52,070 nucleotides of DNA from Candidatus Peregrinibacteria bacterium CG_4_9_14_0_2_um_filter_41_14 (lineage in GTDB: Bacteria > Patescibacteriota > Gracilibacteria > UBA1369 > UM-FILTER-41-14). Shown here piece after piece: positions 1 to 11,673 of the stretch; position 1 is the first letter of the stretch; each line of letters opens with the position of its first letter. The translations under genes were made by a program, and so were the position numbers. The notes under the pieces were generated by a model. The model saw nothing but the letters and a program-made list of their open reading frames with translations, was not told the DNA's origin and ran no database searches. The stretch is taken from contig PFRW01000050.1 in NCBI GenBank assembly GCA_002788755.1, positions 1-52,070 of the forward strand. Direction: 5' to 3'.

Positions 1-578
1 CCTTGGCTCTCTGTTTCGGGGACACGTTGAACACGGTGGACGCCGCTTTCAAACTGAAGTTTGCCGTAGGCACCGGCGCCGGCCACTTTAAAAATAATTT
101 CTTTATAACCACCGGCGGAACCGAGGTTTTCGCCTAATAACTCCACTTTCCAACCTTGCAGTTCGGCATAACGCATGTACATACGGGCGAGGTCACCGGC
201 AAATAAGGAGGCCTCGTCGCCACCGGAGCCGGCACGGATTTCAACAATACAGTTTTTGTGGACGTTGGGATCTTTGGGGATAAGGGCGACTTTTACGGCT
301 TCGTTTAGTTCGGTGATTTCGGCTTTGGCTTCTTCAAGCTGCATTTGGGCTAACTCTTTGAGGTCGTGGTCTGATTCTGTTGCTAAAATTTGTTCGGCTT
401 CGGTTTTGCGGGCGATTGCTTGAGACAACTGTTCGTGCAAACGCGCCAGTGGCTCTACTTCGGCACGGCGAATTAGGAGTTTTTGGTAGCTGGCTTGATC
501 GGGCATCATATCGGGGTCGGCAACTTTGCGATCAAGTTCTTTTAGTTCATCTGCAAATTTGGTGAGCTTATCAATCAT
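1..578 (-). CDS. prfA: Peptide chain release factor 1 (5' part; runs off the window start)
   Basis: Manual translation from ATG at 578: [12 protein letters not shown]...[39 protein letters not shown]...[18 protein letters not shown]. It has the RF1 PxT motif (PET) and lies next to prmC. It is absent from the ORF track because it is truncated. Confidence 0.96.
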   Translation of the reverse strand, partial: MIDKLTKFADELKELDRKVADPDMMPDQASYQKLLIRRAEVEPLARLHEQLSQAIARKTEAEQILATESDHDLKELAQMQLEEAKAEITELNEAVKVALIPKDPNVHKNCIVEIRAGSGGDEASLFAGDLARMYMRYAELQGWKVELLGENLGSAGGYKEIIFKVAGAGAYGKLQFESGVHRVQRVPETESQ

Positions 579-583
579 GAGGT

Positions 584-1405
584 CTAGTTAGTGAATACAA
601 ATATTCTAGGTTTATCGGCAAGGTCATTATACACATTTCCCTCTTTTCCCAATACTGCTTTAGCTAATTGTTGAATTGATCGACTTTGATCAAGGCCGAT
701 TTCGCAAATTAAGTTTTTAAAAGGGAGATGGCGGTCGGCCAATTGTGTAAACAAAAGGCGGTAGTGATCCAGCCCATCTTTGCCGCTGTATAGCGCCTGC
801 GTGGGTTCGTATTGGCTTGTTTCTGCGCCCACGTCGGCGGAATCTTGGCAAATATAGGGGAGATTGGCAAGGATACAATCAAAATATGCGGCTGCGGGTA
901 GGGCGGAAAGCAAATCGGATTCGATAATGGTGACCAACTTACTGGTGCAAAGGGCAAGATTATTGGTGCGGGCCACTTCGACGGTTTGAGGATAGAGTTC
1001 GATAGCGGTTACTTGGGAGTTGGGAAATTCAAGCGCGGCGGTAATGGCAAGGCAGCCGGTGCCGGTGCCTACATCTAAAATTGAGATTTCGTCTTCTATA
1101 TGATATATGGTTTTTAAGTGATCGATTAAGTGCTCGGACTCTGGCCGCGGAATCAGGGTGTGATTATTAACTACAAAGTTGCGGCCGTAAAATTCTTTGG
1201 AGCCGACTATGTAAGCAATGGGTTCATTATTTTTGCGTCGGGCAAGTAGGTCTTGGTAAAGAGCAAATTCGGAATTGATAAGTTCGCGTTCGTTATGGGC
1301 AATGAGGTAGCTTCTATCTACCTTGAGGACATGAGCCAGCAGCACCTCTTTATCGAGGCTTTTTAATTGTGGATCAATTTGGAGGGCACTTTTAATGGTA
1401 TTCAT
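584..1405 (-). CDS. prmC: Release factor glutamine methyltransferase (HemK/PrmC)
   Basis: Motifs [25 protein letters not shown] and ANLPY (NPPY-like). The start is placed at MNTIK (1405) because the longer ORF start runs through the rpsU terminator. Confidence 0.93.
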   Translation of the reverse strand: MNTIKSALQIDPQLKSLDKEVLLAHVLKVDRSYLIAHNERELINSEFALYQDLLARRKNNEPIAYIVGSKEFYGRNFVVNNHTLIPRPESEHLIDHLKTIYHIEDEISILDVGTGTGCLAITAALEFPNSQVTAIELYPQTVEVARTNNLALCTSKLVTIIESDLLSALPAAAYFDCILANLPYICQDSADVGAETSQYEPTQALYSGKDGLDHYRLLFTQLADRHLPFKNLICEIGLDQSRSIQQLAKAVLGKEGNVYNDLADKPRIFVFTN

Positions 1406-1411
1406 AACACT

Positions 1412-1444
1412 AAAAAGCACCCCCTTAAAAGAGAGTGCTTTTTT
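1412..1444 (-). terminator. Intrinsic terminator downstream of rpsU
   Basis: Minus strand AAAAAGCACTCTCTT-TT-AAGGGGGTGCTTTTT: a GC stem with G-U pairs followed by a U run, just after the rpsU stop. Confidence 0.75.
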
Positions 1445-1460
1445 GAACAATAGCTATAGG

Positions 1461-1667
1461 CTAATAGAACTTTTCTTTTCGTCTTTTTTCACGATACTCT
1501 TCGCGTTTAATCGCTTCGGCTCTCACTCGCGTCTTAGTTTTGTCTTTGACAAAATGTTGCTTTTCGCGGTAATCATTTAATTTATGACTACGTTGAAGCA
1601 GTTTTTTGAAGCGTGAAAGCATTCGTTCGAATGATTCGCGTGGATCTCGTGTTACGTGTACAAACAT
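1461..1667 (-). CDS. rpsU: 30S ribosomal protein bS21
   Basis: 68 aa, very basic, with ESFERMLSRFKK...YREKQHFVK matching the S21 pattern. Confidence 0.88.
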   Translation of the reverse strand: MFVHVTRDPRESFERMLSRFKKLLQRSHKLNDYREKQHFVKDKTKTRVRAEAIKREEYREKRRKEKFY

Positions 1668-1692
1668 ACGGTTTCTTACTTAAACTGTGGGG

Positions 1693-1721
1693 ATTTTAGG
1701 GGGAGACGGAGTGATTGTCAA
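1693..1721 (-). promoter_or_regulatory. Sigma70-type promoter of rpsU
   Basis: TTGACA-17 bp-TAAAAT followed by a GC-rich discriminator (CCCCAC). Confidence 0.7.
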
Positions 1722-1736
1722 ATGAAAAAAGAGAAA

Positions 1737-2525
1737 TTAAAGGATACTAAGGCTCAAGGACTCAGCCCATAAAACCCTTAGCGAGCCGCGAAACGCCCTA
1801 ATATGGCAGTGATAGCAAGGATCATTCAGATACACGTGAACGCCATCCCCACCACGACCACCATAGAGCGCACCACCATGTCTGTATGCTTCGTTAGTTA
1901 AAAGATAACTCTGGGTTGTACGATCAAACACACCTTGGCTTTGAAGTGCCCCCTGGTATTGCAATAGGGACATCAGGCTCATCCCCATTGCCGCAGCCAT
2001 CTCAACCGCACTTCCATTAACAGGAAATCTCGGGTGGGTTGCTCTTCTCCAAGCTGCTGCTTTTGCATCATAGACACAGTTTCTGCCACTTAATGGTGAT
2101 TCTTTGGAACATGTACCAATATCAAAACCACTATCGTCAAAGTTATACACGTTTGGCTCGTGCCCTGCTTTCATCATCTTTCCCACTGATTCTAGTGCCT
2201 CAAGATTTGCTAACAGAGCGTCTTTCACTCGGTTCCAGTCTAGATCTTGGTGTAAGTTGGGCTGTGCCTCAAAATTAGCCTTGAGTCCAACGAGTGCCAT
2301 TGTTAAACGTCCTGCCTGATCTAGTTCGTCTGGAGTGCAGTATTGTAATGTCCCATTAGCATACTCAGCCGCCTCAGGAAATTCATCATACACTCCAACG
2401 TGCATATTGTAGCGAATACTCACTACATCTGCTACCTTCCCTTCCACAGCACCTCGTATTTCTTCTAATCTCACATTGAGTGTTGGTTGTGGTACTGCTC
2501 CTAAGGGCTCTTGCACATGCTCCAT
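1737..2525 (-). CDS. DUF4256-family protein with N-terminal extension
   Basis: LDWNRVK...GHEPNV...CSKESP..GRNCVYD...SAVEMAAAMG...GGALY...RAFRGSLRV matches my recollection of the DUF4256 consensus. The start MEHVQ lies just downstream of a promoter. Confidence 0.75.
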   Translation of the reverse strand: MEHVQEPLGAVPQPTLNVRLEEIRGAVEGKVADVVSIRYNMHVGVYDEFPEAAEYANGTLQYCTPDELDQAGRLTMALVGLKANFEAQPNLHQDLDWNRVKDALLANLEALESVGKMMKAGHEPNVYNFDDSGFDIGTCSKESPLSGRNCVYDAKAAAWRRATHPRFPVNGSAVEMAAAMGMSLMSLLQYQGALQSQGVFDRTTQSYLLTNEAYRHGGALYGGRGGDGVHVYLNDPCYHCHIRAFRGSLRVLWAESLSLSIL

Positions 2526-2556
2526 AAATAGTGAGTGGATTATTAATACGGTGCTA

Positions 2557-2585
2557 ACTATAAAACTAGTTGGATGTTTTGTCAG
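2557..2585 (-). promoter_or_regulatory. Sigma70-type promoter of the DUF4256 gene
   Basis: CTGACA-17 bp-TATAGT, about 30 nt upstream of ATG 2525. Confidence 0.6.
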
Positions 2586-2624
2586 GTGTATCAACTTGAA
2601 TTCCACAGTTTGGTTTCAGCGCAT

Positions 2625-2645
2625 AGCCCTCGCTGCGCTCGGGCT
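2625..2645. repeat. Short REP-like palindrome AGCCC-TCGCTGCGCTC-GGGCT
   Basis: 5-bp terminal inverted repeat immediately after the gyrB stop. The core resembles two copies inside virB4 (10837-10894). Confidence 0.55.
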
Positions 2646-2650
2646 GGCTT

Positions 2651-4570
<1,920 letters not shown>

Positions 4571-4701
4571 TTACTTCTATTTTTAAATTTTGAGCGTGTA
4601 CAGATTAGCAGATTTTTGTGGTAACGCCAGTAAAACTAGTTTAAACGTTTCAAGATTACGAAAAATGTGCTATAATAAGGTCAGTAATAATTTGTTGGAA
4701 G

Positions 4702-5793
4702 ATGACAGAAAATAATAACCATGTTGCCTTTAAAGACCTGCAGAAGTACTTCTTTTTGGGCATTACGCTTTTGCTATTGTTTGGGTTTTTATATTTTATT
4801 TCACCATTTTTTGGCATGTTGATCATTGTCAGCGTAATTGCGGTGGATGTTTTCCCGCTAACGGACTGGATTACCAAAAAAGTCAAATATCGATCTGTGG
4901 CATCCTTAATCACACTTTTAATCGTTTTGGTGTTGATTGTGACGCCATTTACCTTGTTTGCTTTGTATTTAACAGATGAAGCTAATCTTGCGTATCAAAA
5001 ACTAACCTCTACTAACGAACTAACGTTTGAAGGAATAAAACTGATACCGGAGCGTTTAAAAGGTACAGCCATTGGCAGCTGGGTGGTTGCGACTTGGGAA
5101 TCATTGCCTTTTTCGACTGAAGACATTGTGGCATTTACACAAGATAATCTTAAAAACATTAGCTCCACAATTGTTGGACAAACTACAAATCTATTTAAGC
5201 AGGTGTCCTTATTCTTGGTCTATTTAATCGTCTTTTTTGTTACGCTTTATGCGTTTTTGTTGGATGGCAAGGGTATTACAGCTCGCATCAAACGCTTGTT
5301 GCCTATTCCCAATCGCCATAAAGATGCACTGTTTGAGAGACTGAATGTGCTAAGTAAAGGGATTGTTTACGGTGTATTTGGTGCTGCAATTGTGCAAGGT
5401 TTCTTAGCCGGTCTAGGCTTTGCTATTGCCGGAATTGGCAATGCTGCTTTTTGGGGAACGGTTATGGCGCTAATGTCACCGGTTCCTTATATTGGAACTG
5501 CTGTTATTTGGGTGCCGGCGGGAATCTATTTAATTTTGACCAATCATTTGTTTGCCGGTGTATTTTTGCTTGTTTGGGGCACCTTTGTTGTAGGGCTTGC
5601 CGACAACTTTGTTAAACCATACTTAATTGGCAAATCAGCAGCTATCAATCCATTACTAATTTTGCTAACACTGCTTGGCGGTGTCTTGGCTTTTGGTTTA
5701 CAGGGATTAATCTTCGGGCCATTTTTGCTAACGCTGTTACTTGGCTTTATCCATATATACGAAAGCGAATATAGGGATGTTTTAAAAGACTAA
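4702..5793 (+). CDS. AI-2E family transporter (PerM/YdiK-like)
   Basis: Multiple TM helices with motifs PYIGTAVIWVP, DNFVKPYLIG and GLIFGP. Confidence 0.9.
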   Translation: MTENNNHVAFKDLQKYFFLGITLLLLFGFLYFISPFFGMLIIVSVIAVDVFPLTDWITKKVKYRSVASLITLLIVLVLIVTPFTLFALYLTDEANLAYQKLTSTNELTFEGIKLIPERLKGTAIGSWVVATWESLPFSTEDIVAFTQDNLKNISSTIVGQTTNLFKQVSLFLVYLIVFFVTLYAFLLDGKGITARIKRLLPIPNRHKDALFERLNVLSKGIVYGVFGAAIVQGFLAGLGFAIAGIGNAAFWGTVMALMSPVPYIGTAVIWVPAGIYLILTNHLFAGVFLLVWGTFVVGLADNFVKPYLIGKSAAINPLLILLTLLGGVLAFGLQGLIFGPFLLTLLLGFIHIYESEYRDVLKD

Positions 5794-7283
5794 TTTTGCT
5801 GAACTCTTTGGAGACGGTCGACTACCTGTGGTAGTTCTTGGCTTAGGTATTCCTCAAAGGTTGTGCCTAGGCTGGATTCGCTAACATACAGTTCGAGTTG
5901 TTGGAGGAGCAGGGTTAGGGGCTCAGCTAGCGCTTCGCCTGTTAACTTGTTTGCGGTTTCTAAATCTAATAGGTGACGGATTTGGGACACTCTTTCAATA
6001 ACTAGGGCATTTACAATGTCGGCCTTACTAATTGTTACTTTATATAGTTTTTGGTCTAGTGTGTTAAGAACCTCATAGGCAGCCAATGTGTTTTTGCCCG
6101 GATAGTTATGCAATTGTGACAAAAGGCGTTCCTTTAAGATAAATAGGGTTGATGGCTTGTCGGTTTTGGCAATTTCTGATTTATAGTATTCAAAGTAAGT
6201 GTTGGCGTACTGCCAGGTGGACTGGCTTTCGATGGCGTAGACCCAAAGCTGATTCAACTGTGTTGCACTTAGGACAAGGGCACCGCTTTTAATCATAGCT
6301 GTTTTAATGGGTGCGTAAATACTGTCATCGCCCACGCTGCCATATAACTGAAGCCACTGAGAAACGATTGGCACGGATGCCTTTTTATCATCACTAATCA
6401 GTTGATTTAAACGGGTATTAAAGTCTGTCATTTGCGCTTCGGCTTTGTCGACCTGATTAATTAGGTAAAGCTCACGCGCAGACTCTAGGCTTTGAGACAA
6501 CATGTTAATTGTGACCAGATTGCGTTTGACCGGGTTGTAGATGAACTTTTCGAGAAATGGGATAGTGGAATAAGTGAGACTGCCTTTGTAGGAGAGGTCG
6601 AGCACTGTCTTTTGTTGTAAGTATGAATCTAAGTTAAATGTGTAAACCGTGGCAAGGGGGAGGGGTTTTGTAAAATACTGTTTGCTCAATTTTTCGGCAA
6701 CAGTGTTGTAGCTAAAAGTGGCCCATGCAGCATCAATATCCGCTTCATTAAATTGGATTTGCTGTGATTGAGCCAAATAATGATCAATTTGTTCCAAGGG
6801 TAAATTTAGCTTTAGTCTATGGTTACCTTGCAGGGCTTGTACAGTAACGACTCCGTTTAGCTTGGTTAAGAGACCTAAACTAAACGGTTCGGGGGCAATG
6901 CCAAAATTTTGTGTTTGAATAAAAAATGGGCTGTCACTAAAGCGGTGTTCAAAAACGATGCCACCTTCAATCAATTTTAAATGAACGATATCGTTATTTA
7001 ATGCCACAATTTTGAGCACGGTGTTGGCCGGAGCAATAACGGAGACGTCGTTAAATTTAAAGGCTGCAGTTTTGCTTAGACGTATATAGCGCGGTGTCTC
7101 CCCCTTCATGCGTTCATGCCAACGGTTATTTTGATCGGTTCTAATTTCAAAAGTGCTACTAACCGGAAACTCAATTAGCTGCTGTGACTTTGAGGTAAGA
7201 TTTGAACTTGGCAGACTTTCCAGCAAGATGGTTAATCCGACTAGGATGAGACTTAGGGCAAGAACAATGATTTTCTTATACAT
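5790..7283 (-). CDS. Hypothetical protein with N-terminal signal/anchor (possibly FecR-like beta region followed by a helical domain)
   Basis: 497-aa ORF with a hydrophobic N-terminus. The LKLIEG and VQALQG strands only weakly suggest FecR. Confidence 0.6.
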   Translation of the reverse strand: MYKKIIVLALSLILVGLTILLESLPSSNLTSKSQQLIEFPVSSTFEIRTDQNNRWHERMKGETPRYIRLSKTAAFKFNDVSVIAPANTVLKIVALNNDIVHLKLIEGGIVFEHRFSDSPFFIQTQNFGIAPEPFSLGLLTKLNGVVTVQALQGNHRLKLNLPLEQIDHYLAQSQQIQFNEADIDAAWATFSYNTVAEKLSKQYFTKPLPLATVYTFNLDSYLQQKTVLDLSYKGSLTYSTIPFLEKFIYNPVKRNLVTINMLSQSLESARELYLINQVDKAEAQMTDFNTRLNQLISDDKKASVPIVSQWLQLYGSVGDDSIYAPIKTAMIKSGALVLSATQLNQLWVYAIESQSTWQYANTYFEYYKSEIAKTDKPSTLFILKERLLSQLHNYPGKNTLAAYEVLNTLDQKLYKVTISKADIVNALVIERVSQIRHLLDLETANKLTGEALAEPLTLLLQQLELYVSESSLGTTFEEYLSQELPQVVDRLQRVQQN

Positions 7284-7378
7284 ATGTACAAATTATCCTT
7301 TAATTATAGCAAAATTCGCATGTTTTGACAATGCAGAGGTGAGTGTGGTTAAGTAGAAACATGTTAACTAATACAAAC

Positions 7379-9022
7379 ATGCGAATGAAAAAACTAATAC
7401 TTGTCTTGGGGGTTTTGCTACTATTGCCTAGCTCTGTTTTTGCTCTTAGTACAACGCCAGTTCCTCGTGGTGAATTTATTAAAATTATTTTAGATGCCAA
7501 TAATGTGGTGCCAGCCGCAACAGAAACTGACTTTGAGGGGGTTAGCCCAGAGTTGGCTCCTTATTTGGAGGAGATGCGTAAATTAGGCTTAATCTACTAC
7601 AACGCTTATAGTCCAACTTTTAATGAAGAACGGCCGTTTGCACTTTGGCGGTCTTTGTCATTACTAATGAAGTTGGAAGGAATTCCGGTGCCGATTACAT
7701 TTGACGAAGCTAAGTTTAAAGAAGTGTTTCCAACCTTAGTGCCGGGCGCTTTTTATGCACCAACAATGTTTCGCGCATATCAGGTTGGTCTGGTTGACCC
7801 TTTTAAGCAAGCTATTTGGCCAATTAACCCAACTACCGAAGGTGACGTGGCAATTATGCTGGCAAATCTAGCTTTATACGAAGATAAAATCGATCAGGCG
7901 CTAGACACACCAAATCCAAGCATAAATGACAATACTATTTCTCCTATACAACCAAACGGCTCGTTGACTAATAGCGATAAATATCCGATTTTGCTGGATG
8001 TATGGGATAAAATTACAAAAGAGTATGTTGATAAAAATAAATTAAGTGAGGATGATTTAATTTTTGGGGCAATTGAGGGGCTAGTGAATCGAGTTGGCGA
8101 TCCTTACAGTGTTTTTCAGGAACCGGAAGTAGCGGCAGCTTTTCAAAACTCTTTAAGTAACGAAATTCAGGGGATTGGGGCATCATTGGCTTTGGATGAT
8201 GCCGGCAATGTCGTAATCGTATCTCCACTTAACGATTCTCCGGCAGAAAGAGCAGGCTTGCGCCCCGGCGACGTTGTTAACAGCATTGATGGCAAAGTTA
8301 TCACTAATTTTACTTTGGTGGAGGTTGTACGCTTAATTCAAGGGGAGCCCGGCACGCAGGTGCGACTGGTAATTAAACGTGGGAGTTCGGTGTTAAACTT
8401 TACAATTGTGAGAGAGCGGATTTCGGTAGCGTCGGTTGTTGGTGAAGTTACAGCAGATGACATTTTAATTATTACCGTGAATAACTTTGGCTTTGGCACA
8501 GCCAGTAGTTTTGCAAGTTTTGTAAATCAGACCAATGCCGGTAATCTAAATGGTGTTATTATTGATTTGCGCAATAATCCTGGGGGCTTTTTGGATGCAG
8601 CCGTGGATATTGCCGGTAACTTTTTGGCTAAAGGCAAAGTAGTAACTCGTTTGGTCGGGCCAACTGTTTCAGAGACTGAGTATTCTACCGGTAGTGCAAA
8701 ATTGGCAAATGTGCCGACTTATGTGCTTATGAATAAGGGCAGCGCGTCAGCGTCCGAGATTTTGGCGGCGGCTTTGCATGACCATCACCAAGCGACCTTA
8801 ATTGGTGAAACTTCGTTTGGTAAAGGGACGGTCCAAGAAATTTCGACTTATTTGGACTCATCCTCGCTGAAATTAACGATTGCCAAGTGGCTTACGCCAA
8901 GTGGCATAAATATCCATGGCACTGGTATTAAGCCGGATATCTACGTTCAATATACCGATGCAGATAGAACCGCAGGCGTTGATCCTCAGCTAAATAAAGC
9001 CTTAAACGAAATTAGGAATTAG
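7379..9022 (+). CDS. S41 family carboxyl-terminal processing protease with PDZ and SLH-like N-terminal region
   Basis: Signal peptide, DPYS, GIGA (PDZ), DLRNNPGG, SASASEI, GETSFGKG and GIKPD. Confidence 0.93.
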   Translation: MRMKKLILVLGVLLLLPSSVFALSTTPVPRGEFIKIILDANNVVPAATETDFEGVSPELAPYLEEMRKLGLIYYNAYSPTFNEERPFALWRSLSLLMKLEGIPVPITFDEAKFKEVFPTLVPGAFYAPTMFRAYQVGLVDPFKQAIWPINPTTEGDVAIMLANLALYEDKIDQALDTPNPSINDNTISPIQPNGSLTNSDKYPILLDVWDKITKEYVDKNKLSEDDLIFGAIEGLVNRVGDPYSVFQEPEVAAAFQNSLSNEIQGIGASLALDDAGNVVIVSPLNDSPAERAGLRPGDVVNSIDGKVITNFTLVEVVRLIQGEPGTQVRLVIKRGSSVLNFTIVRERISVASVVGEVTADDILIITVNNFGFGTASSFASFVNQTNAGNLNGVIIDLRNNPGGFLDAAVDIAGNFLAKGKVVTRLVGPTVSETEYSTGSAKLANVPTYVLMNKGSASASEILAAALHDHHQATLIGETSFGKGTVQEISTYLDSSSLKLTIAKWLTPSGINIHGTGIKPDIYVQYTDADRTAGVDPQLNKALNEIRN

Positions 9023-11007
9023 GCCTGCTGGGCCTGTTCAGCAAGAATTTCTTCCGGATTGGTGGTGATAATTTTATCTTCACCGTACGAGGCAATGATT
9101 TGAATGGCCACGTGCTTATTTCCTGCAAAAAATAGGCCTTGGCCAACATTGCTGTTTAGTAATAAGTAGCGCTCCCCTTCTGTTAAATTAAAAATCTGGC
9201 TCAGCAGTTCAACCGCCGATGGTGACTGTTTGAGCAACAGCTGCATAGATGAGTTGGTAATGATCGGTTTGCCGTATTTGCTTTTGAGGAAATCTTCAAC
9301 ATCTTGAGTAATGGTCGTAACACCTAGGTAATATTTACGAGCACGTTTGACTAAGCCGTGTAAAAACTTGGCGGAATCTTCAAACTGCATCATGGTCCAG
9401 GCCTCATCTACAATTAAGAGTCGGCGTTTTAGCGAGCTTCGCACTTGATTCCAAATGTAATTTAAAATGATGTACATGGCGATTGGTCGTAATTGGTCTT
9501 CTAAATCACGTACGCTAAAGACAACTAGACCTGTGTTTAAATTAACGTTTGTTGGCTTATTAAAGACACCAGCGTAGGTACCGCTAATGTATTTTTCCAG
9601 TTTTTGCACAATCACTTCGGCGCCCTTAATACCTTTTAAAATACTGAAGAGATCTTCCATGGTTGGCGGCTCCATGCCTGTTGGGTCAACCATGTCCATG
9701 GTGATTCCTTTTAGGGCATAGACATCGATTAAGGCTTTGTCGACCAAGCTTTCTTCGAGCGGGCTAGAAGAGCCAAGCATTAATTTGAGAAGGCCTTGAA
9801 GGGTAATAATATTAGTACGTAGGAGGTCACCCGGTTTTGGTTGTTCGTCAATTAGGGCTGCGGGGAGGTCAAATGGATTAATCCGGCGATCTGCATTTAG
9901 TGAAACGCGTAAATATGAGCCGCCCACAGTTTGAGCCAGTTCTTCATACTCATTTTCCGGATCGATGACAATTACGTCGGTTCCGAGCATAAGGCTGCGG
10001 AGGATTTCCAATTTAACAGCGTAAGATTTACCGGCACCGGACTTGGCAAACACAACGGAGTTAGCATTTTCGAGATTAAAACGATCAAAAATAATCAAAC
10101 TTTCGTTATGGCGATTAAGGCCGTATAAAATACCTTCGTTTGTAGTTAGGTCACTTGAACTAAACGGGAAAGTGGAAGATAGCGGTGAGGTGTTCATATT
10201 ACGGTGAATTTCGATTTCGTCTAAACATAATGGTAAAGTTGAGTTTAGTGCTTGTTCTGCACGTAAATCGGCACGTCTGGTTAGGACCAGCTTACCACCG
10301 AGTAAACTTTCGATTTGCTTGGATAGCTTATTAAGTTGATCTTCGTCTTCGGCATAAATAGTAATGTACATGCCAAACTGAAAGAATTTTTCTTGCCCAC
10401 GTTGAATTTGGGTTCGGAGGTTTTCGGCATCTTCCAGCTGTGTTTCTAGGGCTGGATCGCGCACAAGGCCTTTTTCTTGGTTAATGCGCATTGCGGAGTG
10501 CATTTGTGTGACTTTGCGTTTAAGAATCTTCATAATTGCTGCAGATTCGATAGGGTAAATAAACTGAGCAATATCGATTGTTGCATCAAAATTAACCAAT
10601 GGGTTCATCCAGTTTGTTTCGATATAACGCGGATAAGTAAAAACGAAAAAACTGCGAGCGTATAGGCCGCTGACTTTCATTTTATCAAAATAGATCTCCA
10701 TTGCCGAAGGGGCAATGAGGTCTTTAATAGAGGCGAGGCCTTGATTATAGGCTTTTTCAGCTTCTATTAGGCGGGTGCGCTCGGCGGGTGTGAGTTTTTC
10801 GGGTTTTGTGGATGCGGGCTTCGCTGCAGGGGGCTGGGCCTTCGCTGACGCTTCGGCTGCTTCAGAAGGCACGGCCTTTGCTGACGCTCCGGCTTTGTTC
10901 TGATACCAATGCTGAATTGGCCCTAACACCTTATCAATAAGGGACGTTTTGGCCGCAATGGGAGCTGGGGCTTCTGTTGGAACCGGCTTGGTTGGTAAAG
11001 TTGGCAT
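9019..11007 (-). CDS. VirB4-like / TraE-type ATPase (DUF87 family)
   Basis: Walker A AKSGAGKS, VIDPENEY, INPFD, Walker B LIVDEAW, RARKY and ITQDVEDF. Confidence 0.9.
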   Translation of the reverse strand: MPTLPTKPVPTEAPAPIAAKTSLIDKVLGPIQHWYQNKAGASAKAVPSEAAEASAKAQPPAAKPASTKPEKLTPAERTRLIEAEKAYNQGLASIKDLIAPSAMEIYFDKMKVSGLYARSFFVFTYPRYIETNWMNPLVNFDATIDIAQFIYPIESAAIMKILKRKVTQMHSAMRINQEKGLVRDPALETQLEDAENLRTQIQRGQEKFFQFGMYITIYAEDEDQLNKLSKQIESLLGGKLVLTRRADLRAEQALNSTLPLCLDEIEIHRNMNTSPLSSTFPFSSSDLTTNEGILYGLNRHNESLIIFDRFNLENANSVVFAKSGAGKSYAVKLEILRSLMLGTDVIVIDPENEYEELAQTVGGSYLRVSLNADRRINPFDLPAALIDEQPKPGDLLRTNIITLQGLLKLMLGSSSPLEESLVDKALIDVYALKGITMDMVDPTGMEPPTMEDLFSILKGIKGAEVIVQKLEKYISGTYAGVFNKPTNVNLNTGLVVFSVRDLEDQLRPIAMYIILNYIWNQVRSSLKRRLLIVDEAWTMMQFEDSAKFLHGLVKRARKYYLGVTTITQDVEDFLKSKYGKPIITNSSMQLLLKQSPSAVELLSQIFNLTEGERYLLLNSNVGQGLFFAGNKHVAIQIIASYGEDKIITTNPEEILAEQAQQA
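10837..10894. repeat. Two in-frame copies of a 22-bp REP-like element within virB4
   Basis: GGCCTTCGCTGACGCTTCGGCT (10837-10858) and GGCCTTTGCTGACGCTCCGGCT (10873-10894) differ at 2 positions and encode AEASAKA and AGASAKA. Confidence 0.65.
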
Positions 11008-11061
11008 AGGTATTGGTTCTATTTATCTAGTAATTCTAGCATAAATAGAGCTCAAAGTCTA

Positions 11062-11511
11062 CTAACTCCTACCTAAAGTACGGTTTACATTAGCTCTCGT
11101 AATTCTTCTGACATGACTTGCCGGTGTAAGATTTGGATATAGCTTTGAAAGAAAGCGCTGTGTTGTTTGATCAAACCGGTCAAAATCACCATTTAAAAGG
11201 CACTCCTCGTAGGCATTGCGATCGGGGGTTATCCGTTTTAGTGTTTCATTAATATTATAACTTCGTGCCAAATCCAGCCCAAACCACTGATTGGCTAATG
11301 ACTTATAGGCGTCAGAGCTTAAACCATACTTTGGTGCTTGAGTTAGATAATCCAGCCACTTATAAGCGGGCGGCAAATTACTCTTGCCATCAATTTTCCG
11401 GATGAACTGTTTAAACCGATTTGGGGTGAACTCCTGCTGGGTAAGCGTTTCGAAGCGTTGCTTGTACGATTCATTATTGTCATAACTTTCTGGCACAATT
11501 TCCGGTAACAT
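11062..11511 (-). CDS. Hypothetical protein (orphan)
   Basis: 149-aa ORF filling the gap between virB4 and gyrA, with an upstream TAGACA-17-TAAAGT promoter-like sequence. Confidence 0.65.
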   Translation of the reverse strand: MLPEIVPESYDNNESYKQRFETLTQQEFTPNRFKQFIRKIDGKSNLPPAYKWLDYLTQAPKYGLSSDAYKSLANQWFGLDLARSYNINETLKRITPDRNAYEECLLNGDFDRFDQTTQRFLSKLYPNLTPASHVRRITRANVNRTLGRS

Positions 11512-11673
11512 AAGATTTATCCTAAAGGATAATGGTTAACTTTAACATAAATCTATACATATGTCTATGTATTAAATTCTAATCTGCCCTCTCCTTTAAA
11601 AAGATTTCCCTTGGCTAGCTTAGTGAATTAAGCTATACATACTATGATTAAAAGTAACTAAATAAAAATATAT

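Noticed and set aside
175..565. Plus-strand ORFs 175-423 and 380-565
   Set aside because: They are antisense shadows of prfA.
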